A DNA stretch of 64,000 bases from a virus. Taxonomy: Duplodnaviria; Heunggongvirae; Uroviricota; Caudoviricetes. Location: the IMG/VR virus record IMGVR_UViG_3300009164_000055; one strand, given 5' to 3'. Of the stretch, positions 37,225 through 45,905 are shown in pieces. Every line of letters starts with the position of its first letter. Position 1 is the first letter of the stretch. The position numbers and the translations under genes were made by a program. The notes beneath the pieces were generated by a model, which saw only the letters and a list, made by a program, of their open reading frames with translations, had not been told where the DNA came from and did no database searches.

Positions 37225-37584
37225 ATGGACGAATATAAACATTTATTTGATGAACATATGGCCTATTTTACTAGGCATAATGGTAAAAAAGGACCACGTG
37301 GTACAGATGACGATGTTTTCATCATCATCTATGGTACTGGTAATTTTGGTGTCCTCACAAAAAGTGATATGGACCTTCTTAAATGGGAAGATGGCGATGT
37401 TGAAGATTTTGCAGGTCAGGCAAATCCTTTTATGGACTATATGCAGATAAAAATTCTTGCATACTGTAACATTACAAAATTTCTCATAGAAGATTCTATG
37501 GAATTGAAAGAAGAATTCACCAAAGAAAATATTGTTAAAACTCGTGAAGAACTTCATCGATTTCATCGTTACGATCCTTGGTGA
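37225..37584 (+). CDS. hypothetical protein
   Basis: ORF track 37192 trimmed to ATG after upstream stop. Confidence 0.35.
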   Translation: MDEYKHLFDEHMAYFTRHNGKKGPRGTDDDVFIIIYGTGNFGVLTKSDMDLLKWEDGDVEDFAGQANPFMDYMQIKILAYCNITKFLIEDSMELKEEFTKENIVKTREELHRFHRYDPW

Positions 37585-37612
37585 GAAGACTAAAAAAAAC
37601 TAAAATTAGTTG

Positions 37613-37641
37613 TTGACACGAATCAAAAACTATTCTAAAAC
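37613..37641 (+). promoter_or_regulatory. early-type promoter TTGACACGAATCAAAAACTATTC-TAAAAC (P6, weak -10)
   Basis: same UP element + -35 box as P5. Confidence 0.4.
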
Positions 37642-37691
37642 CAATTCATCAGATGGCGATGTGCCACTGACTACTTGAAGGAAATTATATT

Positions 37692-38654
37692 ATGTCTCAT
37701 GAACTTGAAATGCTCAATGGCGTTGCTCAGATGGCTTACGCTGGTGAAACCCCTTGGCACGGTCTTGGTGTTAAGGTTTCGAATGACCTTACCCCTGATC
37801 AGATGCTTAAGGCTGCTGGTCTTGATTGGTCGGTTAGCAAGGCTCCTGCCTTCGTCAACATCGATGGTGAACAGGTTGATATTGGCCGTTCGGCACTGAT
37901 CCGCAACACGGACAACAGCATTCTGGATATCGTCTCTGACGATTGGAACCCTTGCCAGAACACTGAAGCTTTCGAATTCTTCAATGACTTCGTTGCTGCT
38001 GGTGACATGGAAATGCACACTGCTGGTTCGCTCAAGGACGGCAAGATTGTTTGGGCTTTGGCTAAGGTCAAGGATAGCTTCGAACTCTTTGGTGGTCGTG
38101 ATCAGGTCGATGCTTACCTGCACTTCACCAATCCTCACCAGTATGGTCAGTCGATTGACGTTCGCTTCACTCCAATTCGTGTTGTGTGCAACAACACCTT
38201 GACCCTCTCGCTCAACATGAAGAGCAAAAATATGGTCAAGATCAGCCATGCACGTCAGTTTGACGGTGACATGGTGAAGGAAGCTCTTGGCGTTGCCAAG
38301 GAAAAGCTGAGCACCTACAAGGAAATGGCTCAGTACCTGTCGCAGAAGCGTTTCAGCAATGAGAACATTGTTGACTACTTCAAGCGTGTCTTCCCTGTTG
38401 TTACGACTAAGGAAGAAGCAAAGAAGGAACTGTCCCTCAATGCACGTACCGCTCTAGAAGCCCTCCACATCCAGCCTGGTGCTGAACTTGGCGAAGGTAC
38501 ATGGTGGCAAGCTTTTAACGCTGTGACCTTCATGACCGATCACGTCATGGGTCGTACCGCTGACAACCGCCTCCACAACGCATGGTACGGTGTCAACAAG
38601 AACCTTAAGACCAAGGCTCTTCAGACCGCTGTAGAGATGGCTGAAGCATCCTAA
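37692..38654 (+). CDS. DUF932-family protein (MxHELE...TPWHGLG N-terminus)
   Basis: 320 aa; conspicuously GC-rich codon usage vs genome, suggesting horizontal acquisition. Confidence 0.45.
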   Translation: MSHELEMLNGVAQMAYAGETPWHGLGVKVSNDLTPDQMLKAAGLDWSVSKAPAFVNIDGEQVDIGRSALIRNTDNSILDIVSDDWNPCQNTEAFEFFNDFVAAGDMEMHTAGSLKDGKIVWALAKVKDSFELFGGRDQVDAYLHFTNPHQYGQSIDVRFTPIRVVCNNTLTLSLNMKSKNMVKISHARQFDGDMVKEALGVAKEKLSTYKEMAQYLSQKRFSNENIVDYFKRVFPVVTTKEEAKKELSLNARTALEALHIQPGAELGEGTWWQAFNAVTFMTDHVMGRTADNRLHNAWYGVNKNLKTKALQTAVEMAEAS

Positions 38655-38660
38655 TTGGAA

Positions 38661-38688
38661 GGGGGGAGAAATCCCCCCAACCTTTTTT
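38661..38688 (+). terminator. rho-independent terminator GGGGGG-AGAAAT-CCCCCC + T6
   Basis: perfect G6/C6 stem. Confidence 0.65.
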
Positions 38689-38689
38689 G

Positions 38690-38718
38690 TTGACAGACCT
38701 GATTTACTCAGCTATTGA
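38690..38718 (+). promoter_or_regulatory. promoter TTGACA-N17-TATTGA (P7)
   Basis: directly follows terminator (PeSL-like arrangement). Confidence 0.4.
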
Positions 38719-38731
38719 AGGTTTAACGAAA

Positions 38732-38977
38732 ATGGAGTGTGACATGATTGCTCTTAGCAAACTTGATAATCCCGGTTTAGTTAAAGAACTTAACAAATGG
38801 AAAGATGTTGAGTTTCGTATCGACAATGCAGGTAAGCACATTAAGTTCTATCTGACTGTCAACAACAAATCACGGTTTGTTCTTTTCTCAAAGACAATCG
38901 GTGATTGGCGAGGAAAACACCGCCAAGTGTCTGATGTACGTAAGACACTAATTGAACTTGGCGCTGAAAAAAAGTAA
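38732..38977 (+). CDS. hypothetical protein
   Basis: start trimmed to first ATG downstream of P7. Confidence 0.35.
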   Translation: MECDMIALSKLDNPGLVKELNKWKDVEFRIDNAGKHIKFYLTVNNKSRFVLFSKTIGDWRGKHRQVSDVRKTLIELGAEKK

Positions 38978-38987
38978 AGGAAATAAT

Positions 38988-39209
38988 ATGTCTGAATCAA
39001 GTTCTGTATCAGTAAACTTTCCCTTCTTGGGAATTCTCACCCTGATCTTTATCACCCTTAAGCTCACTGGTCATATTGCATGGTCTTGGTGGTGGGTGCT
39101 TGCTCCTATGTGGATTCCTCTGGCAATCATTCTTGGTATTGGTATCATCGTTGTAATTATTGCTATGATTACTGGCGCTAACATCAATGTTAGGAAGCGT
39201 AAGCCATGA
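38988..39209 (+). CDS. small integral membrane protein (2 TM, Trp-rich)
   Basis: 73 aa after trimming to ATG with SD AAAGG. Confidence 0.4.
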   Translation: MSESSSVSVNFPFLGILTLIFITLKLTGHIAWSWWWVLAPMWIPLAIILGIGIIVVIIAMITGANINVRKRKP

Positions 39210-39418
39210 AGATTTCTATGAAATACGCTGCATTGCCTTTGGGTGCATTTGCAGTGTTCTTCCTAATACCCAAACTATTTCAGTTTCTGATCAATGCACA
39301 CTCAGATTTTGGAATTGTAATTGCTGTTACCGTTGTGTGCGTTATCGCCAGTATTGTTATTGGTGTAATTAACAAAATTATGAAATCCACCAAAAAGGAA
39401 AATGTTAATGAAGATTAA
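39206..39418 (+). CDS. small integral membrane protein (2 TM)
   Basis: 70 aa. Confidence 0.4.
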   Translation: MKISMKYAALPLGAFAVFFLIPKLFQFLINAHSDFGIVIAVTVVCVIASIVIGVINKIMKSTKKENVNED

Positions 39419-40235
39419 GAATATCGTTCTGGTTGCTCTTGCGGCTCTCTCACTTGCCGCATGTAGTCGTGTCGAACCGGGTCATGTTGGTATCAAGGTT
39501 GACCAGTATGGTTCATCTGCTGGTGTTGCCGCCGAATCTCTTCCAGTTGGTACATACTTTACTGGACCAGGCACAAGCATCTATGAATATCCAGTGTTCA
39601 CCAATACGTACACATGGACAAAGGATACTGAGGAAGGTTCTGCTTCAAATCAGGAATTTAGTTTCTCTGATAAGAATGGTATGACCGTCACCGCTGATGT
39701 TGCTGTTAGCTATCATGTTGATGCGACTAAGGCTCCTATTCTGTTCCAAAAGTATCGTACTGATATGGATGGTATTGTTGCTGGTCCTATGCGTGTTGCT
39801 ATTCGTGACGCTATCAACCAAGAAGCTAGTGGCATGACAGTAGAAGAAGTCTATGGTTCACGTAAGGCGGAACTTATCACTAAGTCGCTTCTACGTGTTC
39901 AAAAGTTCTTTGCTCCTTTTGGTCTGAATGTTGAACAGCTTTATTGGGCTTCACCAGTACGTGTCCCTGATCAAATCAAGGCACAGATCAATCAGAAGAT
40001 TGCTAACGAACAACAGGCTCTAGCCGCTCAGGCTAATGTTGCTACGGCAGAAGCTAATGCTCGTGCAAGAGTTGCTGAAGCAGAAGGTCGTGCTAAGGCT
40101 ACACAGATTGAAGCAAATGCTATCTCTTCAAATCCGCAGATTCTTACTCAGCGCATGATTGAAAAGTGGGATGGTCATTATCCTCAGTATGTTGGTGGTG
40201 GTATGCCTTTGCCTACCATTGCTATCAAGAAGTAA
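39402..40235 (+). CDS. SPFH/band-7 (prohibitin/HflC-like) lipoprotein
   Basis: signal peptide with lipobox LAAC; SPFH core; Ala/Gln-rich coiled C-terminus typical of band-7. Confidence 0.6.
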   Translation: MLMKIKNIVLVALAALSLAACSRVEPGHVGIKVDQYGSSAGVAAESLPVGTYFTGPGTSIYEYPVFTNTYTWTKDTEEGSASNQEFSFSDKNGMTVTADVAVSYHVDATKAPILFQKYRTDMDGIVAGPMRVAIRDAINQEASGMTVEEVYGSRKAELITKSLLRVQKFFAPFGLNVEQLYWASPVRVPDQIKAQINQKIANEQQALAAQANVATAEANARARVAEAEGRAKATQIEANAISSNPQILTQRMIEKWDGHYPQYVGGGMPLPTIAIKK

Positions 40236-40249
40236 AACCATACATAATG

Positions 40250-40282
40250 ATACCCTCAGCAGCAATGTCGGGGGTATTTTTT
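40250..40282 (+). terminator. putative terminator
   Basis: ATACCC...GGGTAT stem then TTTTTT. Confidence 0.4.
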
Positions 40283-40295
40283 ATAAAAATAATGC

Positions 40296-40324
40296 TTGAC
40301 TTATTTCTAAAAGTATGTTATAAT
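40296..40324 (+). promoter_or_regulatory. sigma70 consensus promoter TTGACT-N17-TATAAT (P8)
   Basis: exact hexamers. Confidence 0.5.
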
Positions 40325-40357
40325 GGTTTATAAGGTCAATTGAAGAGGAACTTAAAC

Positions 40358-40510
40358 ATGTATGCTTTTGATAAGTGGAGAGCCGAAAATTCCGAAACTC
40401 TTGATTCGGATTTGATATACGGAAAGTTTACTAGAGATCAATTACAGATTTTATTTTCATGGATGGAATCTGCTTATGAGGCTGGATTTGATGATGGCAG
40501 CGAAACATAA
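40358..40510 (+). CDS. small acidic hypothetical protein (50 aa) forming a stand-alone promoter-ORF-terminator unit
   Basis: SD GAAGAGGA upstream; flanked by P8 and terminator 40580..40604. Confidence 0.35.
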   Translation: MYAFDKWRAENSETLDSDLIYGKFTRDQLQILFSWMESAYEAGFDDGSET

Positions 40511-40579
40511 ACTCTGATAAGAGAGATTTATGATATTCTTATCAAGAAGTAAAAACTCACATCATAGCACAGAAAAAAG

Positions 40580-40604
40580 GGGGGAGCAATCCTCCCTTTT
40601 TTTT
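40580..40604 (+). terminator. putative terminator GGGAG-CAATC-CTCCC + T8
   Basis: short GC stem, 8 T. Confidence 0.4.
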
Positions 40605-40639
40605 GTTTTGATAAATAATACAAACCTAATGGAGAAACC

Positions 40640-41107
40640 ATGAAAACTTTTAAAGAATTTTTTGATGAGGCTACTAGAACTATTGATAGAGCATTAAAGC
40701 TTGGTGATCGATTAGCTGACAAATCAAAAAAAGATTGGGTAAAACAACCACCAAGCTATATGCAGAATAAAGCGTTGTCTTCACCATCACACAAACTGAT
40801 AAGCGGTTCTAAACCAGATTATACTGGAATGAGTGCATATAAAGCTAAGGCTGAAAGAGGCACAGACGTATTTGATCCAAAAATTAATGAACCAAATAAA
40901 ACACGAATTGATATAAAAAAATTAATCCCATCACAAGCCTTTACTGATTGGAATTCTAAAAAGGCAAAAGAAAAAATCAATGATGAAAATCCTATTTTAG
41001 TACTACATCATAACAATAAGCATTATGTTATAGATGGTCATCATAGAATTGTAGCAGCGAGACTTAAAGGTGATACTCACATAATCGCAAATATTCAGAA
41101 AGTATAA
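40640..41107 (+). CDS. ParB-like nuclease-domain protein with capsid-targeting-like N-terminus (MKTFKEFFDEA)
   Basis: C-terminal HYVIDGHHRIVAARLKG = ParB/Srx DGHHR motif. Confidence 0.55.
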   Translation: MKTFKEFFDEATRTIDRALKLGDRLADKSKKDWVKQPPSYMQNKALSSPSHKLISGSKPDYTGMSAYKAKAERGTDVFDPKINEPNKTRIDIKKLIPSQAFTDWNSKKAKEKINDENPILVLHHNNKHYVIDGHHRIVAARLKGDTHIIANIQKV

Positions 41108-41111
41108 TATA

Positions 41112-41981
41112 ATGCTGACCAATTTTAAAGATTTTATGGACAATGTTATTGTTGAAAATCTCCACCCAGAACTTCAGGACGTGGTTCGTACAGGTTCTAG
41201 TAGAAAAACTAAACAAAAGCAACTTGCTGATAAGATCAAAGACCTTACATCACGTGGTGAAAAAACAGGCATTGAAGGTAACATGCCTAAAGGTTCTTCT
41301 CGTGCTTACATGCAACATGCAGAGCCTGAGAATATCATTGTAGACAAGAAGATTGTACCTATGAAAGTTGGCACAAAGGTTGCTATTCGTTCCCCATTAG
41401 ACAGGTTTCACAATTCAAAAGAACATGATGGGCTTCACCTTGGTGCAATGCAAAATCATGCTGAAGGTGGGGATCATTGGGTGAACAGTAACTATCGCAC
41501 ATTGACAGACAAAGGTCATGGTCATTTCGAAACAAATGATGAAGGCATTTTTCCACCACTTGTTGACCATGATGATAAGGATCATCAGTGGACTAAAATA
41601 GGTCATGCACGTGATATTAAAGCTGGGGATTGGAAGAAGCTAACCAAAACAAAAGAGTATCCACAGGGTATAACTCATGATGATTTTACAAGCACTCTCC
41701 TACGTTTTCATAATCGTAATATTGGTAATCATTGGAAAAGTACTGATAATCACGAAAGACATATGGATCATATTGAACAACATCCGCTTGTACAAAAGTT
41801 TCTTGATTATCATGGCAATACAGGCAATTCCCCTGCTGATTATAGACAGCAAAAAAATCTTGGAGTATGGAAACACCCTGTTACTGGTCAAGAACATATT
41901 GTAGCACGTGATCATGGCTTCAGTAATGAAGTTGAACGTGCGTATAGAGATGCTAGAAAGAAACAATACGGCAACCGTTAA
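41112..41981 (+). CDS. His-rich hypothetical protein with CTS-like N-terminus (MLTNFKDFMDN)
   Basis: 289 aa. Confidence 0.4.
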   Translation: MLTNFKDFMDNVIVENLHPELQDVVRTGSSRKTKQKQLADKIKDLTSRGEKTGIEGNMPKGSSRAYMQHAEPENIIVDKKIVPMKVGTKVAIRSPLDRFHNSKEHDGLHLGAMQNHAEGGDHWVNSNYRTLTDKGHGHFETNDEGIFPPLVDHDDKDHQWTKIGHARDIKAGDWKKLTKTKEYPQGITHDDFTSTLLRFHNRNIGNHWKSTDNHERHMDHIEQHPLVQKFLDYHGNTGNSPADYRQQKNLGVWKHPVTGQEHIVARDHGFSNEVERAYRDARKKQYGNR

Positions 41982-42031
41982 TATTATAAATACATATGAA
42001 TATGTTCATATACCTAAAGGAATCCAAATAA

Positions 42032-43276
42032 ATGATTAATTTTAAATCTTTCATGACTGAAGCAACTGGTAGCACTGCACTTACAACACTTCCTGGTGTC
42101 CCAGAAAATCTTCACAACTTCCTTTTCCACCTTAGTGGTCCTTCTGATCCTACCAAGCTTCTCAACGAAGCTGCTGAGTATTATGATCAGATTGAAGAAG
42201 AGGAACGTAAAAGAGATGTTATGGATGTAAGTCAGCCAAAATTTAATCCTGATGAAGCTGCACATCCTTCAATGAATTTACCTAAAACACGTAATCTTAT
42301 TGATATGGGCCGTAGAGACATTCCAGCGGGAAACGTCCATAAGCGTATTGGTGAAGGCTTTCAATCAACATTCAAATCAATGGCAAATGAAACTCCAAAG
42401 GAATCAAGAGCAAAGCTTTCAGAATCACATAAGGTTCTAAGCGATTTTGCTAAGTCACGTGGTTTCAAGAGCAAGTTTCCCCTTTTGGGCGAAAACATGA
42501 AGACAGAAAAATCTTCTGGTGAGGGCGTTCTAACCAAAGGTCTAACACTAGCTCCACATACAACATCAGGTCTACATGGCTTTAACTCATGCGTTAAGGC
42601 ATCAACTGAATGTAAGAGGGGTTGCCTTGGTCTTACTGCTGGTGGCAATCGTCAGTACCCAGATGCTGCTCTATCAAGCAAGGTTATCAGAACACACTTC
42701 ATTGCAAAGCATCCTGAACATGCTGCACGTATCCTAGACAACGAAATCGGCAATCACGTCAAGAATGCCGCTAAGAAGGGCATGAAGCCTGGTGTGCGTC
42801 TAAACGTGACTTCAGATATCTCATGGGAAAAACATGCTCCACAACTATTTGATCGTCATCCAGATGCTCAATTCTATGACTATACCAAGCTCTCTAATCG
42901 TGTAGGCCATCCTGATCTACCAAAGAACTATCACCTTACCCTATCACACACAGGTACGGATCACGCTGAATCAAACGATAAGGCTGCTGTAGATACCTTG
43001 AAGAGAGGCCACGTGGTTGCGATGGTTTATCACCGTGGTAAGAAAATTCCACATCCAACACACGTTGAAGACGTTAAGACAGGCACTCGTTATCCAATCG
43101 TAAATGGCGATAAGGATGACAACACATTTGACCGTCATGAATCAATCGGCAGAACTGAAGGCAAGAAGGGACATGGAGTTGTGTCTGGTCTACAGCTTAA
43201 GGGCATTAAGAACGAAGAAGCTGGTAAATTTGCCAATCCAGTTGATAAAGATGGTATCATTCGTATCAATAAGTAA
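42032..43276 (+). CDS. hypothetical protein with CTS-like N-terminus (MINFKSFMTEA)
   Basis: 414 aa. Confidence 0.4.
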   Translation: MINFKSFMTEATGSTALTTLPGVPENLHNFLFHLSGPSDPTKLLNEAAEYYDQIEEEERKRDVMDVSQPKFNPDEAAHPSMNLPKTRNLIDMGRRDIPAGNVHKRIGEGFQSTFKSMANETPKESRAKLSESHKVLSDFAKSRGFKSKFPLLGENMKTEKSSGEGVLTKGLTLAPHTTSGLHGFNSCVKASTECKRGCLGLTAGGNRQYPDAALSSKVIRTHFIAKHPEHAARILDNEIGNHVKNAAKKGMKPGVRLNVTSDISWEKHAPQLFDRHPDAQFYDYTKLSNRVGHPDLPKNYHLTLSHTGTDHAESNDKAAVDTLKRGHVVAMVYHRGKKIPHPTHVEDVKTGTRYPIVNGDKDDNTFDRHESIGRTEGKKGHGVVSGLQLKGIKNEEAGKFANPVDKDGIIRINK

Positions 43277-43321
43277 GGTTCAATAATGATATATAATAAT
43301 AAAAGTAAAATATAAAAACTT

Positions 43322-43359
43322 ATGGGGGCGACATTTTTTAATGATGCCCCCATTTTTTT
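43322..43359 (+). terminator. rho-independent terminator ATGGGGGC...GCCCCCAT + T7
   Basis: 8-bp stem, 16-nt loop. Confidence 0.55.
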
Positions 43360-43361
43360 AC

Positions 43362-43390
43362 TTTACACGAGTTGCAACTGCCGTTATAAT
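43362..43390 (+). promoter_or_regulatory. promoter TTTACA-N17-TATAAT
   Basis: follows terminator, precedes 43438 gene. Confidence 0.45.
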
Positions 43391-43437
43391 CCGTTTGTCG
43401 GCATGAAATATTACTAACATATTACAGAAAGACTCAC

Positions 43438-43647
43438 ATGGAACAAGAAGACAAGAATAGAAACACATTCTATGCCATACCATGTAGAATGGATGACGAA
43501 GATGATGATGAATATATGTTCTTCCTTACATTTAATACAAGGAATGAAAAGGAAGCATTGAGATTAGCTAGTTGTGTTTGTGGTGAAGAGTCTAAACGTA
43601 GCTTAGTGGTTATTACAGATAATGGTGATTATTACGATTGCTATTGA
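43438..43647 (+). CDS. small acidic, Cys-containing hypothetical protein
   Basis: 69 aa. Confidence 0.35.
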   Translation: MEQEDKNRNTFYAIPCRMDDEDDDEYMFFLTFNTRNEKEALRLASCVCGEESKRSLVVITDNGDYYDCY

Positions 43648-43659
43648 CTGATACATCAG

Positions 43660-43854
43660 TCATTTTTCTTTTGGAAATATTTCAGGATATCTTTCATACA
43701 TACAGTAATATAATACAGTGCCTCTAAGCTTGCTATAAAATGTTGTCTGTTCTTTACCGTCCATCATACACTCATACTTAGATGGATGTACGTGAACAAT
43801 CCTTGCCTTTAAATCTCCATTATAAAAAATGTAAGCAATCATCCACCAAGTCAT
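43660..43854 (-). CDS. small hypothetical protein, last gene of minus-strand operon
   Basis: ATGA overlap with cyclase stop. Confidence 0.35.
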   Translation of the reverse strand: MTWWMIAYIFYNGDLKARIVHVHPSKYECMMDGKEQTTFYSKLRGTVLYYCMYERYPEIFPKEK

Positions 43855-45905
43855 TTACTGGTAGCACGGTAAACACCGTCCCAATTATTTGGTGCAGACT
43901 TTTGCTCATTCATGCGATCTATCATAGCGTTGTAATAGCCAGAAAGTTCACCTTTCCACACTGGTCCCATTTCATAAGCCATAGCTAAAGCTCTACCCCA
44001 TTCACCAGTACGATAATAATTTAAAAATTTATTATGAGCTTTTTCTGCTGCACTATCTTTCTTTTCAACCACAGTATAAATCTTTACTGGTTCTGTCTTG
44101 CCCTTAACAGCAATGAGGTCCAGTTCAATTATTTGGTATACATCCCTAACCAATTCGGCAGTTTCTGGCCCAATAATGAGTTTGACTCCATAAGGCTTGG
44201 ATTGACCTTCCAAACGAGAAGCCAGATTAACGCCATCCCCCAAGCAAGTATAGTCAAAACGCTGATCACTGCCCATATTACCAACAACCACAGTGGCAGT
44301 GTTAATACCAAGACCCATCCCAAAAGCGGGTACACCTTCTCTTGTAACTTCATCATTAAATTCCTTTAGTGAGTTTAGCATCTGGAATGCAGTCTTCACA
44401 GCATCTAGAGCATGTTGTTCATTGTTTAGTGGTGCATTCCAGAATGCCATCTGAGCGTCACCGATATACTTATCAAGCGTTCCTTTGTTCTCTAGGATTG
44501 CCTTTGTCATGGCAGTCATGTAGCGATTCATGATCTTAGTTAAACCTTGAACGTCTCTTCCATAGTGTTCTGAGATTGTTGTGAAGCCACGAACGTCTGT
44601 GAACATGATAGAGAGCTTTTGCTCTGTTCCACCTAGCTGTAGCAAGTCTGGTTGCTTTTGCAACTGTGCAACAAGGTCTGGTGACAGATATGTACCAAAC
44701 TGTTTCTTGATTTGTTGCTTCTGAAGGAATTCTGAGATATAATTGACGATGTTGACATGTAGGTATATAAGAATCATTGATCCAATAATGAAACTTGAAT
44801 CAAGTAGAATTTTATAATGTTCCATCGCATAGTATGGTGCATATACAGCCGCTGCTAATAATCCACCTACCCAAACGAATGAGAAGCGTACACGTGAAAG
44901 ACCAATCACCAAAATGCCAAGGGTTAGGAAACCAGCCCATTCCACTAAAGGAACCCATGACGGAATGGAAACGCTTGATCCGTCAAGAAGGGTCTGCAAT
45001 AATGAAGCTTGAATATACTGTGGAGACTTTGCTCCCACAGGAGTTGGAACAGGGTTCTGAATTCCTTCAGCAGTTACGCCAAGAATTACAAACTTATTTT
45101 GAAGAGATGGTAATGGGGAACCAACATCATACTCCTGAAATGCCTTGTTCCAATTTACAAACACTCGACTATAAGGGTCTGTTGAAATTGTATCGTACTG
45201 AGGGACACGAACAGCCTCAACACCTGTCTCATTTATCTTTGCTTGATATGATGTATCACCAGCCGCATTTCGAAGCATCTCAAGAGCAAAAGATGGGTAA
45301 TACTCATTATTTGACATTGCCAAAAGAGGAATACGACGAACAACGCCGTCAACTTCTGGAAGGGTTGATGTTACGCCAATCCCAGAAGCTTTATTTTGGA
45401 CCGTAGCTACGTTATCAAGAATGCATTTATATTGTGGTAGATAATCGGTGGCTTTGCCGTCACCAACAACTGCTACACCTGTACGCTTTGTGTTTGAGTT
45501 ATCTCTAGCGCACTTTTCACTAGCAACTTGAGATAAGACTACAGGATTAGATAAAAGTGATTGTTGTAGATCGGTGTCATGATTGAAGCGATCTGGCTCA
45601 GGATATAGTATGGTAGTACCGACTAAGCCAGCACCGCTGCTGTAAGCGTCATTAATAACCTTAGCATAAACATCTCTTGAGAATGGATACTGCCCATACT
45701 TTTCCAAAGTTTTTTCGGAAATATTGAGCAATACAACATCAGTACTAACAACTTGCTGCTCTGCTACCATCAGGTTATCGTAGAAATTCAAGCGGGTTGA
45801 TTCGATAAGGCGAGGATCAGCTACCTTCAATGTGATCAGAAGAGAAAAAGTAAGTAAAGCTAACCATGGGGACAATAATGTCTTTTTAATTTTGTTGACT
45901 AACAA
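43851..45905 (-). CDS. CHASE2 sensor domain - class III adenylate/guanylate cyclase
   Basis: N-terminal signal/TM + large periplasmic CHASE2-like region + TM cluster, then FTDVRGFTTISEH...GDGVNLASRLE class III cyclase catalytic motifs. Confidence 0.75.
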   Translation of the reverse strand: MLVNKIKKTLLSPWLALLTFSLLITLKVADPRLIESTRLNFYDNLMVAEQQVVSTDVVLLNISEKTLEKYGQYPFSRDVYAKVINDAYSSGAGLVGTTILYPEPDRFNHDTDLQQSLLSNPVVLSQVASEKCARDNSNTKRTGVAVVGDGKATDYLPQYKCILDNVATVQNKASGIGVTSTLPEVDGVVRRIPLLAMSNNEYYPSFALEMLRNAAGDTSYQAKINETGVEAVRVPQYDTISTDPYSRVFVNWNKAFQEYDVGSPLPSLQNKFVILGVTAEGIQNPVPTPVGAKSPQYIQASLLQTLLDGSSVSIPSWVPLVEWAGFLTLGILVIGLSRVRFSFVWVGGLLAAAVYAPYYAMEHYKILLDSSFIIGSMILIYLHVNIVNYISEFLQKQQIKKQFGTYLSPDLVAQLQKQPDLLQLGGTEQKLSIMFTDVRGFTTISEHYGRDVQGLTKIMNRYMTAMTKAILENKGTLDKYIGDAQMAFWNAPLNNEQHALDAVKTAFQMLNSLKEFNDEVTREGVPAFGMGLGINTATVVVGNMGSDQRFDYTCLGDGVNLASRLEGQSKPYGVKLIIGPETAELVRDVYQIIELDLIAVKGKTEPVKIYTVVEKKDSAAEKAHNKFLNYYRTGEWGRALAMAYEMGPVWKGELSGYYNAMIDRMNEQKSAPNNWDGVYRATSK

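Noticed and set aside
30460-37641. Repeated roughly 30-nt elements considered as a CRISPR array
   Set aside because: Spacing is irregular (0.7-3.3 kb) and each copy has -35/-10 hexamers with a 17-nt spacer and precedes a gene. They are promoters, not CRISPR repeats. No cas genes are present.
44795-45406. Plus-strand 203-aa ORF inside the cyclase gene
   Set aside because: It is antisense to a well-supported 684-aa gene with clear domain motifs. It is a typical shadow ORF.
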